Shown: positions 29,046 through 38,864 of the stretch, in pieces
Layout of the letters: every line of letters begins with the position of its first letter
Position numbering within the stretch: position 1 is the stretch's first letter
DNA from: Escherichia coli
GTDB taxonomy: Bacteria; Pseudomonadota; Gammaproteobacteria; Enterobacterales; Enterobacteriaceae
Length of the DNA: 64,000 nucleotides
NCBI RefSeq assembly: GCF_050920415.1
Contig: NZ_CP169309.1
Strand: one strand, 5' to 3'
The notes under the pieces: generated by a model
What the model was told of the DNA's origin: nothing
Database searches by the model: none
What the model saw: the letters and a program-made list of their open reading frames with translations, nothing else
Made by a program: the position numbers and the translations under genes

Positions 29046-31385
29046 TTATTTGCGGCGCGGTTGCAATATTCCCCCTGGTCTTTGTGATTCCCTTGTTATC
29101 ATTTTCATTGCCACACGTTCCATTGTTTGTTCAAGTCTGCGGCTATCTTCGTCGCTAAATCCGTTTGTGGTCTGAATGTTAATATTGACAGGCATACTAA
29201 TACCGCCGCCACCAATATCACGACCAGGTATAACCCTGCCATTCTCGCCAGGAATCATGTATTGATTGCCGTTAGACGTCTGGAATAGCTCCGGCCTGTT
29301 GTGTTCCCCTACACGGTACATGTTGCCACCAATGACGCTACCACCATTAAAGCGCCCGCCGCCGAAAATGGATGTTGCCAGTGACATGATCGCAGTAAGC
29401 GCCGCCGAGCCAGCCGCCGCCCAGCTACCGCCAGTTGATGCCGCTGTCGCTGCCGCCGCCGGGGCCGCCGCCGCAGCAATGCTTCCCTGAGCGGCAACCG
29501 CGCTTGCCGTTGTGCTGGCCTGCGTGGCCTTGCTTTGTGTCTCCATCATGATTTGATCTGCTATCCAGTTGGCAGCTATGTCCGAAAGTCTGTTACCGAT
29601 ATTCCCAAGTATATTGCTTCCTAAGTTAGCAAAAACATCACTTAATGATTGAGTGCCGTTTAGCAGGCCAACAAGGGCGTTACTCATACCACCTTTAAGG
29701 CCATTAACGCAATCACCGATCAGGCCGTTAGTATCGCTTTGCGCCTGCCATTGCTCCCATTTTAGATCGCGAATCTGTTGCTCATAGGCCAACAATTCCT
29801 GTTTCTGTTGCGCTTCGGTAGCGCCCAGGTCTATAAGCATTTGCTTACGGACGGCCCATTCATTTTGCGCCTGCTGGATGGGGTCAACTTCGCCTTTTAG
29901 CTGGTCCATCGGGCTAACTATTTGCGACCATTTATCACGCAATTCATCTACCGGAATTTGTGCTAACTCTTCTTTTAGCTCCTTGCCGATTCCCTTTTGA
30001 GCGGCGCGGTATTCAAGGAGTGTAATTTTCCCCTGGGCGAATGCAGCATCAATGGCCTTGCCGTTCTCTAACGCTTTGCGCATGGCGGCTGCGTCTTTGT
30101 TGTACTGGTCAGAAACGCTTATGCCTTTGTCACCAAGCCGATCAGCTTCAGTTTTCTTCTCTTTTTTCTGTTTTTTCGGCTTGTCTACTGGCTTGTCGAA
30201 TCCGGTAATAGTTCCGTCATTGGCGGCATTCTGTTCACTTTTCCTTGCTTCTTCTGTAGCCTGGATTGCAGCGGTCAGATCATCCTGTAATTGCATGACC
30301 TTACCAACGGTCTTACCATATTTCTTCTCATAGTTGCTGTCGTATTCGTCGGTTTGTTCTCCTACCACCTCTTTCATCCATTTGTAGCCGTCCATTAGCG
30401 CTTTGATTGGTGTCACCATTGCGATGATCTTCTCTGCCACCTCACCAGCCTTGATTCCGACATCCTCAAATATATCAATGAATTCGCTGCCAGCCGTCTT
30501 CAGGGTGATAAAGCAGGTTTTAGCGAAATCAGCACCATCACCTAAAGCCTTAACACCTTTCGTGACAAGATCGATACCAGCAACAACCGTATCGGATACA
30601 CCAAAAAGATCGTCCAACTGTTCGACAAGCCCCATAACTTCGACTTTAAGCTCATTCAGGGCCATACCGGATGTGCGCGGCAACTGCGCGAACTTCTCGT
30701 TTGTTTCCTGCGTAGCCGCCTGGATTGCGTTAACCATCCTTTCTGCCGTGATCTTACCGTCCAGCATTTCGGCGCGGAATTGGCCCATAGATAACCCCAT
30801 CTGGCGGGCCATTGTCTGTACGATGGTCGGGGTGTTCTCTAACAGGCTATTGAATTCTTCAGCACGAAGCACGCCGCCGTCGATAGACTGACGGAATTGA
30901 CGCATTGAGTTTGACATCTGCTCCGCAGATGCGCCGCCCAACGCCCCCATTTTCTGAATCGTACCTACCAGGTTAAGCAATTGCCCTTCAGTGGCGGACG
31001 TGTTCTTCAGGGAGATAGCCAGGCCTTGCCACAGATCCCCGGTATCCTTCATGCTTTGGCCTGTTTCTTTTGATATTGCTTTCAGGCCGTCGAAAACCCG
31101 CCCGGCGGACTCCGCATCGCCCGTAAGCATTTTGATTTTTACGCGAAGCATTTTTGCTTGCTCCGCCATATCCATAAATTGGCGCACAGCCTCCGCAGCA
31201 ATTAGCAGATGGATAACCCTGGTTAGTGCTTTGATTGATGTCTTCAGTGTGTTTACCTGGCGATCTGCCTGTTTAGCACCGCGCTCTATACGGTCAAAGG
31301 CCTGGTCTGCCTGTCGTTGTGCTACAAGAAGTTGTCCTGTTTTTGCGTCAACTTCGTAATAAATTGTGCCTACACTGGTAGCCAT
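29046..31385 (-). CDS. Tail tape measure protein
   Basis: 779 aa; long alpha-helical Ala/Gln-rich sequence; sits between the tail chaperone and gpM. Confidence 0.88.
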   Translation of the reverse strand: MATSVGTIYYEVDAKTGQLLVAQRQADQAFDRIERGAKQADRQVNTLKTSIKALTRVIHLLIAAEAVRQFMDMAEQAKMLRVKIKMLTGDAESAGRVFDGLKAISKETGQSMKDTGDLWQGLAISLKNTSATEGQLLNLVGTIQKMGALGGASAEQMSNSMRQFRQSIDGGVLRAEEFNSLLENTPTIVQTMARQMGLSMGQFRAEMLDGKITAERMVNAIQAATQETNEKFAQLPRTSGMALNELKVEVMGLVEQLDDLFGVSDTVVAGIDLVTKGVKALGDGADFAKTCFITLKTAGSEFIDIFEDVGIKAGEVAEKIIAMVTPIKALMDGYKWMKEVVGEQTDEYDSNYEKKYGKTVGKVMQLQDDLTAAIQATEEARKSEQNAANDGTITGFDKPVDKPKKQKKEKKTEADRLGDKGISVSDQYNKDAAAMRKALENGKAIDAAFAQGKITLLEYRAAQKGIGKELKEELAQIPVDELRDKWSQIVSPMDQLKGEVDPIQQAQNEWAVRKQMLIDLGATEAQQKQELLAYEQQIRDLKWEQWQAQSDTNGLIGDCVNGLKGGMSNALVGLLNGTQSLSDVFANLGSNILGNIGNRLSDIAANWIADQIMMETQSKATQASTTASAVAAQGSIAAAAAPAAAATAASTGGSWAAAGSAALTAIMSLATSIFGGGRFNGGSVIGGNMYRVGEHNRPELFQTSNGNQYMIPGENGRVIPGRDIGGGGISMPVNINIQTTNGFSDEDSRRLEQTMERVAMKMITRESQRPGGILQPRRK

Positions 31386-31536
31386 GATTTAACCTCATGC
31401 AAAATGTGATCTATGCATCTATTTTATACAAAATGTCTTTATTTTAACGATACCGTTTTGTATAGATGATGTAGGGAAAGATAGAAGAGATGCAGGAAGG
31501 ACGGATGTCCCGGAGGAAGTGAAAGAGGATAAGGAA

Positions 31537-31620
31537 ATGAGAAACGTAAACTACCGTCCCAACGAATATGAACGCTATGCGGACCTTATCGAAGAAATGT
31601 TAAAAGCACTTAAAAAATAA
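31537..31620 (+). CDS. Moron small ORF (27 aa)
   Basis: MRNVNYRPNEYERYADLIEEMLKALKK; AAGAGGATAAGG SD. Confidence 0.3.
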   Translation: MRNVNYRPNEYERYADLIEEMLKALKK

Positions 31621-31687
31621 ACAATATGCGTGTATAACTAAGTTAAAGGAAGCATTTAGCAAATCAGAATAATTACAGGGGTTGATT

Positions 31688-32101
31688 ATGAAACGGTTAG
31701 CAAAAATGGTACTTGCTGTGATTGCTGCACTGGCATTTAACGCGAACGCTAACGAGGCCATAAACATTAACTGTGAAGAAGTGGCAAACCATGTAGCCGC
31801 ATATCACGACATGATCAAAAAAGAACCAGCCGCACCCACAATTCTTTTTAAGGCAATTGATAAAAATTTTGAAGGGAAACCAGTTTGTGCTCGTTGGTTT
31901 AATTATGGCCTTGTAAACGAGGCTGCTGTAGGCGTAGTCTTTGAAAACAACAGCGAAATAAAAAACAGGATAGCTAACGAGTGTAAAGCAAATAAAGTTG
32001 CTTTCGCTGAAAGAATTTTTAATGAAGGCGGCGCTGGTGCAAAAAATCACGCAATTGTCGATTTAGGTAACGGTTTTATTGATATTGTTAGAATCAAATA
32101 A
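31688..32101 (+). CDS. Secreted (periplasmic) protein of unknown function, 137 aa, 4 Cys
   Basis: Track ORF 31682..32101; MKRLAKMVLAVIAALAFNANA|NEA signal peptide; AGGGG SD; opposite strand to the tail genes. Confidence 0.65.
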   Translation: MKRLAKMVLAVIAALAFNANANEAININCEEVANHVAAYHDMIKKEPAAPTILFKAIDKNFEGKPVCARWFNYGLVNEAAVGVVFENNSEIKNRIANECKANKVAFAERIFNEGGAGAKNHAIVDLGNGFIDIVRIK

Positions 32102-32108
32102 GACAAAC

Positions 32109-32130
32109 GCCCGGATCTACCGGGCTTTTT
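32109..32130 (+). terminator. Terminator after the secreted-protein moron
   Basis: GCCCGGatctaCCGGGC followed by TTTTT; overlaps the stop of the convergent chaperone gene. Confidence 0.7.
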
Positions 32131-32803
32131 CTTGCTCACGATTTTTCATTCTTTCGAGTACCTTTTTAGCGGCCTCCATTTGCTCGTCATAAGCACGTTT
32201 ATTTATGTGAACGTTTGGTTTGCTTCTTTCGTTTCTTTCGTCTGGCGGCGTTTTAGCACGCACAGCGGCCCTGTATCCGGTCATAGTCATATTCCATGCT
32301 TCGGATTCTGATAACCCCAGGTGAGCTACGGCAGAATAAACGAATTCAAGAACGTCAAATGTCGGCTTATACTCCCCCTCCCGGATCTCCCCGACGTCTT
32401 CTTCCGGGCCGTCTCCGATTAATCCATGGTACATGCAATGCTGCGCCAGCGTGATAACGTCATCAGTAGGCATCAAACCGGGCTTTAGTCGTAACTTGCC
32501 TGAAGGGGTAAACCTACATTCGCCCAATAACGAGCCTATTTCGTCGTCTGAGCAACATTTAAGGATGTGCATAGATGTTTGCACCATCTCACCATAACAC
32601 CGCGCCAGAATACGATTGCGTAGGTCTGGATCTGCTGGCAAGCGTGATGGATATTTGCCACCGTGGATTGTTGCGAAGTATTCGACCAGTTCGCTGTCAC
32701 CACCGATCTTAGCCATTGCAGCGAAGCACGGATTGAATACATAACGCTTGCCGTCTACCACCGCAGCGAATTGCCCGGTACGAACATGAATCATAATTAT
32801 CAC
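32117..32803 (-). CDS. Tail assembly chaperone-like protein
   Basis: 228 aa between the major tail and tape measure genes; LGLSESEAWNMTMTGYRAAVRAKTPP resembles the phage TAC family; exact start uncertain. Confidence 0.6.
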   Translation of the reverse strand: MIIMIHVRTGQFAAVVDGKRYVFNPCFAAMAKIGGDSELVEYFATIHGGKYPSRLPADPDLRNRILARCYGEMVQTSMHILKCCSDDEIGSLLGECRFTPSGKLRLKPGLMPTDDVITLAQHCMYHGLIGDGPEEDVGEIREGEYKPTFDVLEFVYSAVAHLGLSESEAWNMTMTGYRAAVRAKTPPDERNERSKPNVHINKRAYDEQMEAAKKVLERMKNREQEKAR

Positions 32804-32814
32804 CCTAAAAGAAA

Positions 32815-32830
32815 GGGGCCAAATGGCCCC
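32815..32830 (-). terminator. Intrinsic terminator after the major tail gene
   Basis: Minus strand GGGGCCatttGGCCCC followed by TTTCTTTT. Confidence 0.65.
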
Positions 32831-32848
32831 GATTATTGATCTTGTTTG

Positions 32849-33325
32849 TTATTCTACCGGGATATCGCCTACCGTTACCTGGCCCGCGCTTTCGCACTCA
32901 ATAGACCAGGTGGAAACGTCGTCGTGTGGATCTTCTTCTTTGAAGGTCGTGCAAAGGAACGGACCTTCAGTTACGTCTACAGGAGAAACAATCTTCAGCC
33001 ATACATAAGGTTGCGCTCCGGTGGCTTCACCTGGCGTCATTACGTGGCGTTTCAGCGCTTTCTGATTATGGATTTCTTCAGTACGGGATACGCCGTCGCC
33101 GGAGAAAGAAACGGATTTGTAAGTAACCATTGATTCTTTCGTGTAATCGGCTGATTTATCGGCGGTGGCGTCTGCGGTTTCCCATTCAACGGAAAGTGTT
33201 TTACCACGCATCATGCCTAACGCTTTGTACGCTCCAGCTTCCGGCTTCGCATTTGGACAAGCGATAGCGAAGAATACAGCAACGTCACGGCCTGTAAACG
33301 TGCCTTTTTCGCAAGTCTGAGACAT
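32849..33325 (-). CDS. Major tail tube protein
   Basis: 158 aa; position and size; resembles the TP901-1/phi13-type tail tube family. Confidence 0.7.
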   Translation of the reverse strand: MSQTCEKGTFTGRDVAVFFAIACPNAKPEAGAYKALGMMRGKTLSVEWETADATADKSADYTKESMVTYKSVSFSGDGVSRTEEIHNQKALKRHVMTPGEATGAQPYVWLKIVSPVDVTEGPFLCTTFKEEDPHDDVSTWSIECESAGQVTVGDIPVE

Positions 33326-33337
33326 GTTAATTACCTC

Positions 33338-33724
33338 TTATCTTGATATGATGGTTTGAAAAGCTACGGTAAAAATAAAGCGCCCTTCTCTTGTCTGTAT
33401 TGCAGGAATAGCGCCAACTGGCTTCATGTGTGTAATTTTATCAGTTTTATATTCTGTTAACATACTTTGGCGGATGGCGTCAGCAAGGTCTTCCACTTCA
33501 CTGATATTTGCATCATTACGCGCCGAAATAACCAGGATGCGGAAATAATCACGGGTTATTGATTCTTCACCAGCCGCGCCGCCGTTCTGCTGGATCACGA
33601 TGTATCTGTCATTATTCGAATTACTTCGCTCATTCCAGAAACGGGCCTGCAAAATATAGCCCTCATCGTATCCGTGAGACTGTATCCAGTCTCTTATATT
33701 GTCGTAGACTTCGCTGCGTTTCAT
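33338..33724 (-). CDS. Tail terminator/completion-like protein
   Basis: 128 aa; immediately upstream of the tube gene; operon packing. Confidence 0.5.
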   Translation of the reverse strand: MKRSEVYDNIRDWIQSHGYDEGYILQARFWNERSNSNNDRYIVIQQNGGAAGEESITRDYFRILVISARNDANISEVEDLADAIRQSMLTEYKTDKITHMKPVGAIPAIQTREGRFIFTVAFQTIISR

Positions 33725-34185
33725 ACTTTGTAACCTTCTACAATCTCTTTATAAATATCGTCGGCGTTGTTTGGATCTTCGAATGCCTTACGCAAAAATT
33801 CCGGCTCCGCGTTTGGGTCCCAATATTTACCTTTGCCAGTACCGCCGCCGAACTCAATTACCTGTTTCGGGCCGAAATCTGAAAGGTTATTGGTTTTCCC
33901 GAAATGTTCGCGCGGCTGGCCTTTTAATGTGCCCGGCATATTGTGCACCCATTCAGCATAGCGGGCCGTGTATCCAAGACGTAATTGCAAACCGTCCGCC
34001 GTGTTACCTATATACTGAAATTGACTGTTAATTAAAAACCCCGTATCGACCGGGGTCATGTTCGCCGCGAAGCCACCAGCCAGCATCCCTACTCGCCATA
34101 ACACCTCATGAGTTTTCTTATCTGTGATTTCCTTTAGCTCCTGCTTTAATCGCTCCCTGACACGTTTAACACCCTTGATAGGCAT
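33721..34185 (-). CDS. HK97 gp10-family neck/tail-completion protein
   Basis: 154 aa; TPVDTGFLINS motif typical of the HK97 gp10 family. Confidence 0.6.
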   Translation of the reverse strand: MPIKGVKRVRERLKQELKEITDKKTHEVLWRVGMLAGGFAANMTPVDTGFLINSQFQYIGNTADGLQLRLGYTARYAEWVHNMPGTLKGQPREHFGKTNNLSDFGPKQVIEFGGGTGKGKYWDPNAEPEFLRKAFEDPNNADDIYKEIVEGYKV

Positions 34186-34187
34186 GA

Positions 34188-34556
34188 TTAACCCCCTGTC
34201 ACGATCTTATAATCCGGCGTGTCGTTAAACATGCTCATGTCCCATTCAACGATCCCGGTAATAACGTTGGCCCCAGCCGCCAGCGGGTCGGAAATATTAG
34301 TAGTGTCGCCAGTGGCAATCATCCAGCCGTTTTTCGGGCGCTGCACTGGCTGCATATTATGAAGCAGTTCGGTAAATACGGTTATTGTATTGCTAACCTC
34401 ATTGCCGTTTGTGTCTGTTGCAGTGCCGTCGGTGCGCTCCCATGCGCAGTTAATCAGGTATGGTGCGCCGTATACGTCGGCGTTTGTCCAGTCGTCATGC
34501 GTTACGGGGTAGATGGTGGCTAATGCCTTGTAACTGAATCGCGCAATCTTACTCAT
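34188..34556 (-). CDS. Head-tail connector protein (hypothetical)
   Basis: 122 aa track ORF in the connector block. Confidence 0.5.
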   Translation of the reverse strand: MSKIARFSYKALATIYPVTHDDWTNADVYGAPYLINCAWERTDGTATDTNGNEVSNTITVFTELLHNMQPVQRPKNGWMIATGDTTNISDPLAAGANVITGIVEWDMSMFNDTPDYKIVTGG

Positions 34557-34734
34557 AGCCGTAACTCCAGCTAATGACCTTTGGATGATTTTTCGCCACG
34601 CGCGGGCAAAGAATCACCCATTCACCAGCATCATTGAGATATGCCGCCACCTGTCGCCCGGTGTCAGTCTTCACCCATACGCGGGTAAACGGCTTCGGCA
34701 TTAGTGGCTTCGGTAGTGTTAGGTCGTTCCACAT
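34549..34734 (-). CDS. Hypothetical protein (61 aa)
   Basis: Track ORF overlapping neighbours by a few nt. Confidence 0.45.
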   Translation of the reverse strand: MWNDLTLPKPLMPKPFTRVWVKTDTGRQVAAYLNDAGEWVILCPRVAKNHPKVISWSYGYE

Positions 34735-34736
34735 TG

Positions 34737-35123
34737 TTACATCCTCCTACTCTTACCGATCCATAGTCCGGCGTGCGCGGTGGCTTCGGGATCTGCCGGG
34801 ATTAGTTCGGCTGTGCAATTATGTTTGTCAATTGAACGAAGCAACGAGCAAGCTGCCTTCCATCTTTTATTAAAATCGACATAGCGGTAGGACTGGCTCG
34901 CGCCGTTCGGCCCTGTCTGTGAGGAAATGTATTTATCAGCCTGAGTTAGTCCTAACAGGCCAATGAGATAAAGCTGAATTAATGTTGCAGTGGAGGCCGG
35001 ATAATTGGCATCAAGGCATTCGTTTACGCTATTAGCCTGCTCCACCAGCAAAGATAAGATAATGTCTGGCAGGTCAATACCCTGGCTTTCAAGATATTCC
35101 CGTGCCTGTTCTGTAGTGACCAT
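34737..35123 (-). CDS. Head-tail adaptor-like protein
   Basis: Track ORF 34737..35159; start at MVTTEQAREYL with GGAGC SD; the longer start would lie inside the upstream terminator. Confidence 0.5.
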   Translation of the reverse strand: MVTTEQAREYLESQGIDLPDIILSLLVEQANSVNECLDANYPASTATLIQLYLIGLLGLTQADKYISSQTGPNGASQSYRYVDFNKRWKAACSLLRSIDKHNCTAELIPADPEATAHAGLWIGKSRRM

Positions 35124-35141
35124 TTTGTTTGCTCCACATAC

Positions 35142-35169
35142 AAAAAAAATCCCCGGCATTGCGCCGGGG
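35142..35169 (-). terminator. Intrinsic terminator after the major capsid gene
   Basis: Minus strand CCCCGGCgcaatGCCGGGG followed by ATTTTTTTT. Confidence 0.75.
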
Positions 35170-35189
35170 AGTTACAGGAAACGTTCTAA

Positions 35190-36245
35190 TTAAGATTTTT
35201 TACCGTAAACGACACCGGAACGGCCTAACATGTCGCTGGTGATCTGTAAGCCTTCTGCTGACATGATGCGGAAGTTGTAGTTATCGGTAGGCATGAGGCG
35301 CGGTAGCGGAACTACACCAGTAGTCATACCGATCAGCGGGGTAATCACTGATTTCTGGCGCTGGTAAGCGATGAACTCGTTACCTTTCAGTGCGAAGGTC
35401 TGACGAATTTCACCAACCGGGATGTACGGTTTAATTACATCCAGGACGCGACCAACAACCGCACCATTAACGACGTGAGGCGCGGCAAGGTTAGCCATGA
35501 TTTCAGGGGATACCCACATAACATCGTATTTAGCTACGAAGTTGTTGCGGGCCAGAGTACCGAAAGCGCCAGTAGTAAAGAATGCGATAATTTCCTGGAA
35601 GGTCATCGTAGTGAGATCTTCATTGGTCATCTTTAACTGCTGGGTATTGCGGTGATTTTTGATACCCTGTGCTTTTTTGCCTTCAACGACGATACGGTCG
35701 CTCCCTTCAAGGTAGAAGCGAACACGTTCTTTGTTGAATTTTTTCAGTTTCAGGCGCTGGCTATCCAGAGCAAGGTCGACACCAACGGTGTTTAAACCTG
35801 CTGCGTGACGCCAGTTAACCCCGTAACCTGCCGTGAACATCGGAATCGGATCGCCATCGCTACCGTATTCAGTATGATCGAAGCCATGAGGGGCTTGACC
35901 ATCCATAGAAATGACGACTTCATCATTGATGTCACCTGCTACGCTGTACATTTTCAGTGTTTTACCGATTGGCAGTACAGTCTGCACCCCCATCAGGTCG
36001 TTTACGATCTCGATACCAATTTCTTCGGTGTTTAGTTCGATGATCTGGTTGTCAATTTCCTGCCAGAACTCACGGGCAAAACCGCCAACGGCGTTACATG
36101 CCAGCATTTCAGGGGTCATATTGGCACGGTTAGCAGCAATCATAGAATCATGCTGCTGATTAAAGATGTTACGTTGCGCCCACATTTCTTGCCAGTGACT
36201 TTGCATACGGGCGTTAGTAGCAAGGTTTTCCCTAGTAAAATACAT
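35190..36245 (-). CDS. Major capsid protein
   Basis: 351 aa; follows the scaffold and small decoration-like genes in the DUF2213/DUF2184-type head module order; a terminator follows, as is common for capsid genes. Confidence 0.75.
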   Translation of the reverse strand: MYFTRENLATNARMQSHWQEMWAQRNIFNQQHDSMIAANRANMTPEMLACNAVGGFAREFWQEIDNQIIELNTEEIGIEIVNDLMGVQTVLPIGKTLKMYSVAGDINDEVVISMDGQAPHGFDHTEYGSDGDPIPMFTAGYGVNWRHAAGLNTVGVDLALDSQRLKLKKFNKERVRFYLEGSDRIVVEGKKAQGIKNHRNTQQLKMTNEDLTTMTFQEIIAFFTTGAFGTLARNNFVAKYDVMWVSPEIMANLAAPHVVNGAVVGRVLDVIKPYIPVGEIRQTFALKGNEFIAYQRQKSVITPLIGMTTGVVPLPRLMPTDNYNFRIMSAEGLQITSDMLGRSGVVYGKKS

Positions 36246-36260
36246 TATGTATACCTCTCG

Positions 36261-36674
36261 TTATGCAATACGGACGCGAATAAAGTCAACTTCTCCCAGG
36301 GTTACGTTTTCCTGGCAGTAGGCGACAGCAATTTCAGGTGTTTCTGCTTCTGCATTAACCAGACGGAAGCCAGTTGCATCAATGGTGATAGCTGCGTCTT
36401 TGACGTAATCGCCAGCCGGGAGACGGATTGCGAACTCACGCCCCTCTTCCATGTAGTCAGCGACCATCATTTCATCTTTTGCGATCTTGTCACCAATGCC
36501 TTTACCCTGGTGATAAGCAGGCATAGCAACATATAAACGACCTTCTCCTTTGGTTGCCGGAGTGAATTTGCCGTTAGCGATAACAACAGGTGCGCCAGGT
36601 TGAACGTCAGCGGCTGCTAGATAGCTTTCGGTAATGGATTTACCGTCAATATTTACACGACGAAAACGAAACAT
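36261..36674 (-). CDS. Small head protein (decoration/cement-like)
   Basis: Track ORF 36261..36683; start at MFRFRR; lies between the scaffold and capsid genes. Confidence 0.5.
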   Translation of the reverse strand: MFRFRRVNIDGKSITESYLAAADVQPGAPVVIANGKFTPATKGEGRLYVAMPAYHQGKGIGDKIAKDEMMVADYMEEGREFAIRLPAGDYVKDAAITIDATGFRLVNAEAETPEIAVAYCQENVTLGEVDFIRVRIA

Positions 36675-36686
36675 TGTTATCACCCC

Positions 36687-37961
36687 TTATGCTTTGAAAT
36701 AGGTGTTAAAGTCCGGGACTTCGCCTTTTTTACCTTCGTTTGCTGCGTTGGTTGCCATCGGCGCGGCTTTGCCCAGGGATTTAAACATTGCATCGAGCGC
36801 ATCACCGCTTAATGCGTTAGCAACAATTTCGCCGTGTACTTTCGCAACTGCGGCGCGTTTTTCTGCTTCTTCTTTATTTGCGTTGGCTGCAATTTTTTCT
36901 TTAATTGCTTTCTGGTTGGTCTGTAATTCTTCCACGCTTGCCTGTACTGGTTTCAATGCCTCTGCTACTGCATTAGCGATATTGGCTGATAAGCCTTCGT
37001 TAATTTCTTTTACCAGTTCGGCGCGTTCTTCTTTGGTCAAAGGCATGGGATCGTCCTCCGATTTATTGGCCTTAATTTTTTCATTCAGGGAGAAAAGATT
37101 AGAAAGGTGTTCAGCGAACTGCGTAAACCAGGATTTACTTTCCTCGTTGGTTGCAAGCTCGCCATTATTGAGAATAATTTTATCAGCCTGTTTTTCATAT
37201 GCGCAAACTTGAGCACTTTCTGTATTAGTGGCGATCGTCACCTCTTTATCAGTAAAGTCCACTACATACACATAATCAGCATCAGGGAATAATTCCCGCG
37301 CCGCGTCGGTTAATTGTTTCTCAAGTGTGCGGTAGCTGTTTTCTTTCATTGCCACTGCCATTAACGGTCTCGCCTGGTCAGTATTAACCATCAGGCCAAC
37401 CCCTTGCTCAGGTGATGCGGCGGGCGGCTCATGCAGCAAAATAGCGTCATGGTCGATCGACATGATTTTCACTACATGATCAGCACCCTGGGCTTTCATT
37501 TCTTCGGTGGCTGGCATACGCTGGCGATATACAGCGACGGAGGACCAGATCGGATCCTTGCTTTCACCTTTTTCCAGTGCTTCCAGTCGGGTTAATAATT
37601 CGCGCCCCTGTTCTGAATGGCTGGCTGTTTCAATATCCACCCATTTTTCCACATAAACACGATTGCCGCGTAATTCAACGTTTCTGTTCCACGCTCCACA
37701 AAAACCCGTATTCAATCCTTCAGGGCTAAATGCGGAAACAAATTTACCGTCCACGGTAGGATGGCCCAGCGGGGCAAGCGTACCCTCCAGTGACTGGTAA
37801 TTAGCGATAATTTCAGCTTCCGGGTAATATTCCCGATTCATTACGATGTTAAAGGGTAACGTGTAGGACGGGACAACAATATGTTCACGCCCGTTATACG
37901 TTTCACGGCGGATTGTATTAGCGGTTAATTTTGTATTAACCTGAATCAATTCTTTACTCAC
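36687..37961 (-). CDS. Prohead scaffold/protease-like protein (DUF2213-like N-terminus, coiled-coil C-terminus)
   Basis: 424 aa; LAPLGHP...SSVAVY pattern and Ala/Lys/Glu-rich helical tail. Confidence 0.6.
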   Translation of the reverse strand: MSKELIQVNTKLTANTIRRETYNGREHIVVPSYTLPFNIVMNREYYPEAEIIANYQSLEGTLAPLGHPTVDGKFVSAFSPEGLNTGFCGAWNRNVELRGNRVYVEKWVDIETASHSEQGRELLTRLEALEKGESKDPIWSSVAVYRQRMPATEEMKAQGADHVVKIMSIDHDAILLHEPPAASPEQGVGLMVNTDQARPLMAVAMKENSYRTLEKQLTDAARELFPDADYVYVVDFTDKEVTIATNTESAQVCAYEKQADKIILNNGELATNEESKSWFTQFAEHLSNLFSLNEKIKANKSEDDPMPLTKEERAELVKEINEGLSANIANAVAEALKPVQASVEELQTNQKAIKEKIAANANKEEAEKRAAVAKVHGEIVANALSGDALDAMFKSLGKAAPMATNAANEGKKGEVPDFNTYFKA

Positions 37962-37967
37962 GGTTTT

Positions 37968-38864
37968 TTACTCCCAATCTTCGCCATATTTAGCGTGCGC
38001 AACTTTATAGTTTTCTTGCGCCCGATTTAATATTCGTTCGTTTAATATGTTACCGTCTTCGTCAACTAATACGGTAATCGTGCTACATTTGCAGTTAATA
38101 GAATTTGGGGATCTGCTCCACCATTCGCGCTGCTCATCTATGGTGTATGTTTTCCCGTGCCGTTGCGCGTGCGATAGCCTGGTTGTCGGTGACAATGCCG
38201 AAATGTGCATTTGCATAGTGCGCAGATTAAATTCTTCTGTCGCCGCTTCTGCCTCATCCATACGCGCTGTGCGTAACGCTGTGCATATTTCAGTTCGGGC
38301 AATACGTTTGCATCTGTATAGCGGTAACTGCGTATCCTGATTCAATGTGCGCGCTATTTCCAGTGGATTTAAACCACGGGCCATGCCTTCAGTTAATCGG
38401 CGGGCCATATCCTTTTTTATCTGTGCGGTCAGACCGCGCATCTCTTCAAATACACGGGTACGCACCAGGGCAAGGCGTGTGCGGTAAGTTGTGCTGGATA
38501 GCACGGCGGATACATCAGGATAAGCGCTTGAATATGTGACAGACTGGTTAGCAAGGTTGGCGTATTCCTGCGCGGTCCCTCGCTGATATGCAACCTTCAC
38601 GTACTCCTGCCAAAACCAAAAACTTTCCGGGTCGGTTAGCTCGAATATCTCATCAATCATGTTGCTGGCATCCTCCAGCATGTCGTGCAATTCATCCATG
38701 TAAATCTGGAAGGTGTATTTCTTATTAACAGCCAGGCTATATTGTATTCTGTCCAGTATGGCGATATATGGATCGGCTATTTTCTTCAGGCAGGATTTAA
38801 AACGCTTAATAGCGCCCGACCGCAACTTACCTGTCATGGTCGGGTCTTCGGTGTTAGATGGCAT
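37968..38864 (-). CDS. Head morphogenesis protein (SPP1 gp7 / Mu F family)
   Basis: Track ORF 37968..38912; RIARTEICTA motif typical of Phage_Mu_F; start uncertain (38864 or 38837). Confidence 0.7.
   Translation of the reverse strand: MPSNTEDPTMTGKLRSGAIKRFKSCLKKIADPYIAILDRIQYSLAVNKKYTFQIYMDELHDMLEDASNMIDEIFELTDPESFWFWQEYVKVAYQRGTAQEYANLANQSVTYSSAYPDVSAVLSSTTYRTRLALVRTRVFEEMRGLTAQIKKDMARRLTEGMARGLNPLEIARTLNQDTQLPLYRCKRIARTEICTALRTARMDEAEAATEEFNLRTMQMHISALSPTTRLSHAQRHGKTYTIDEQREWWSRSPNSINCKCSTITVLVDEDGNILNERILNRAQENYKVAHAKYGEDWE

Noticed and set aside
31697-32050. Minus-strand 117-aa ORF across the 31.7-32.1 kb interval
   Set aside because: It is antisense to a plus-strand ORF that has a clear signal peptide, SD and terminator, and its own sequence is low-complexity and hydrophobic.
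32117-32803. Programmed -1 frameshift (G/GT-type) in the tail assembly chaperone gene
   Set aside because: I found no slippery heptamer with an extended alternative frame. The internal alternate-frame ORF 32536..32742 looks spurious, and the gene is followed by a convergent moron rather than a T-extension.
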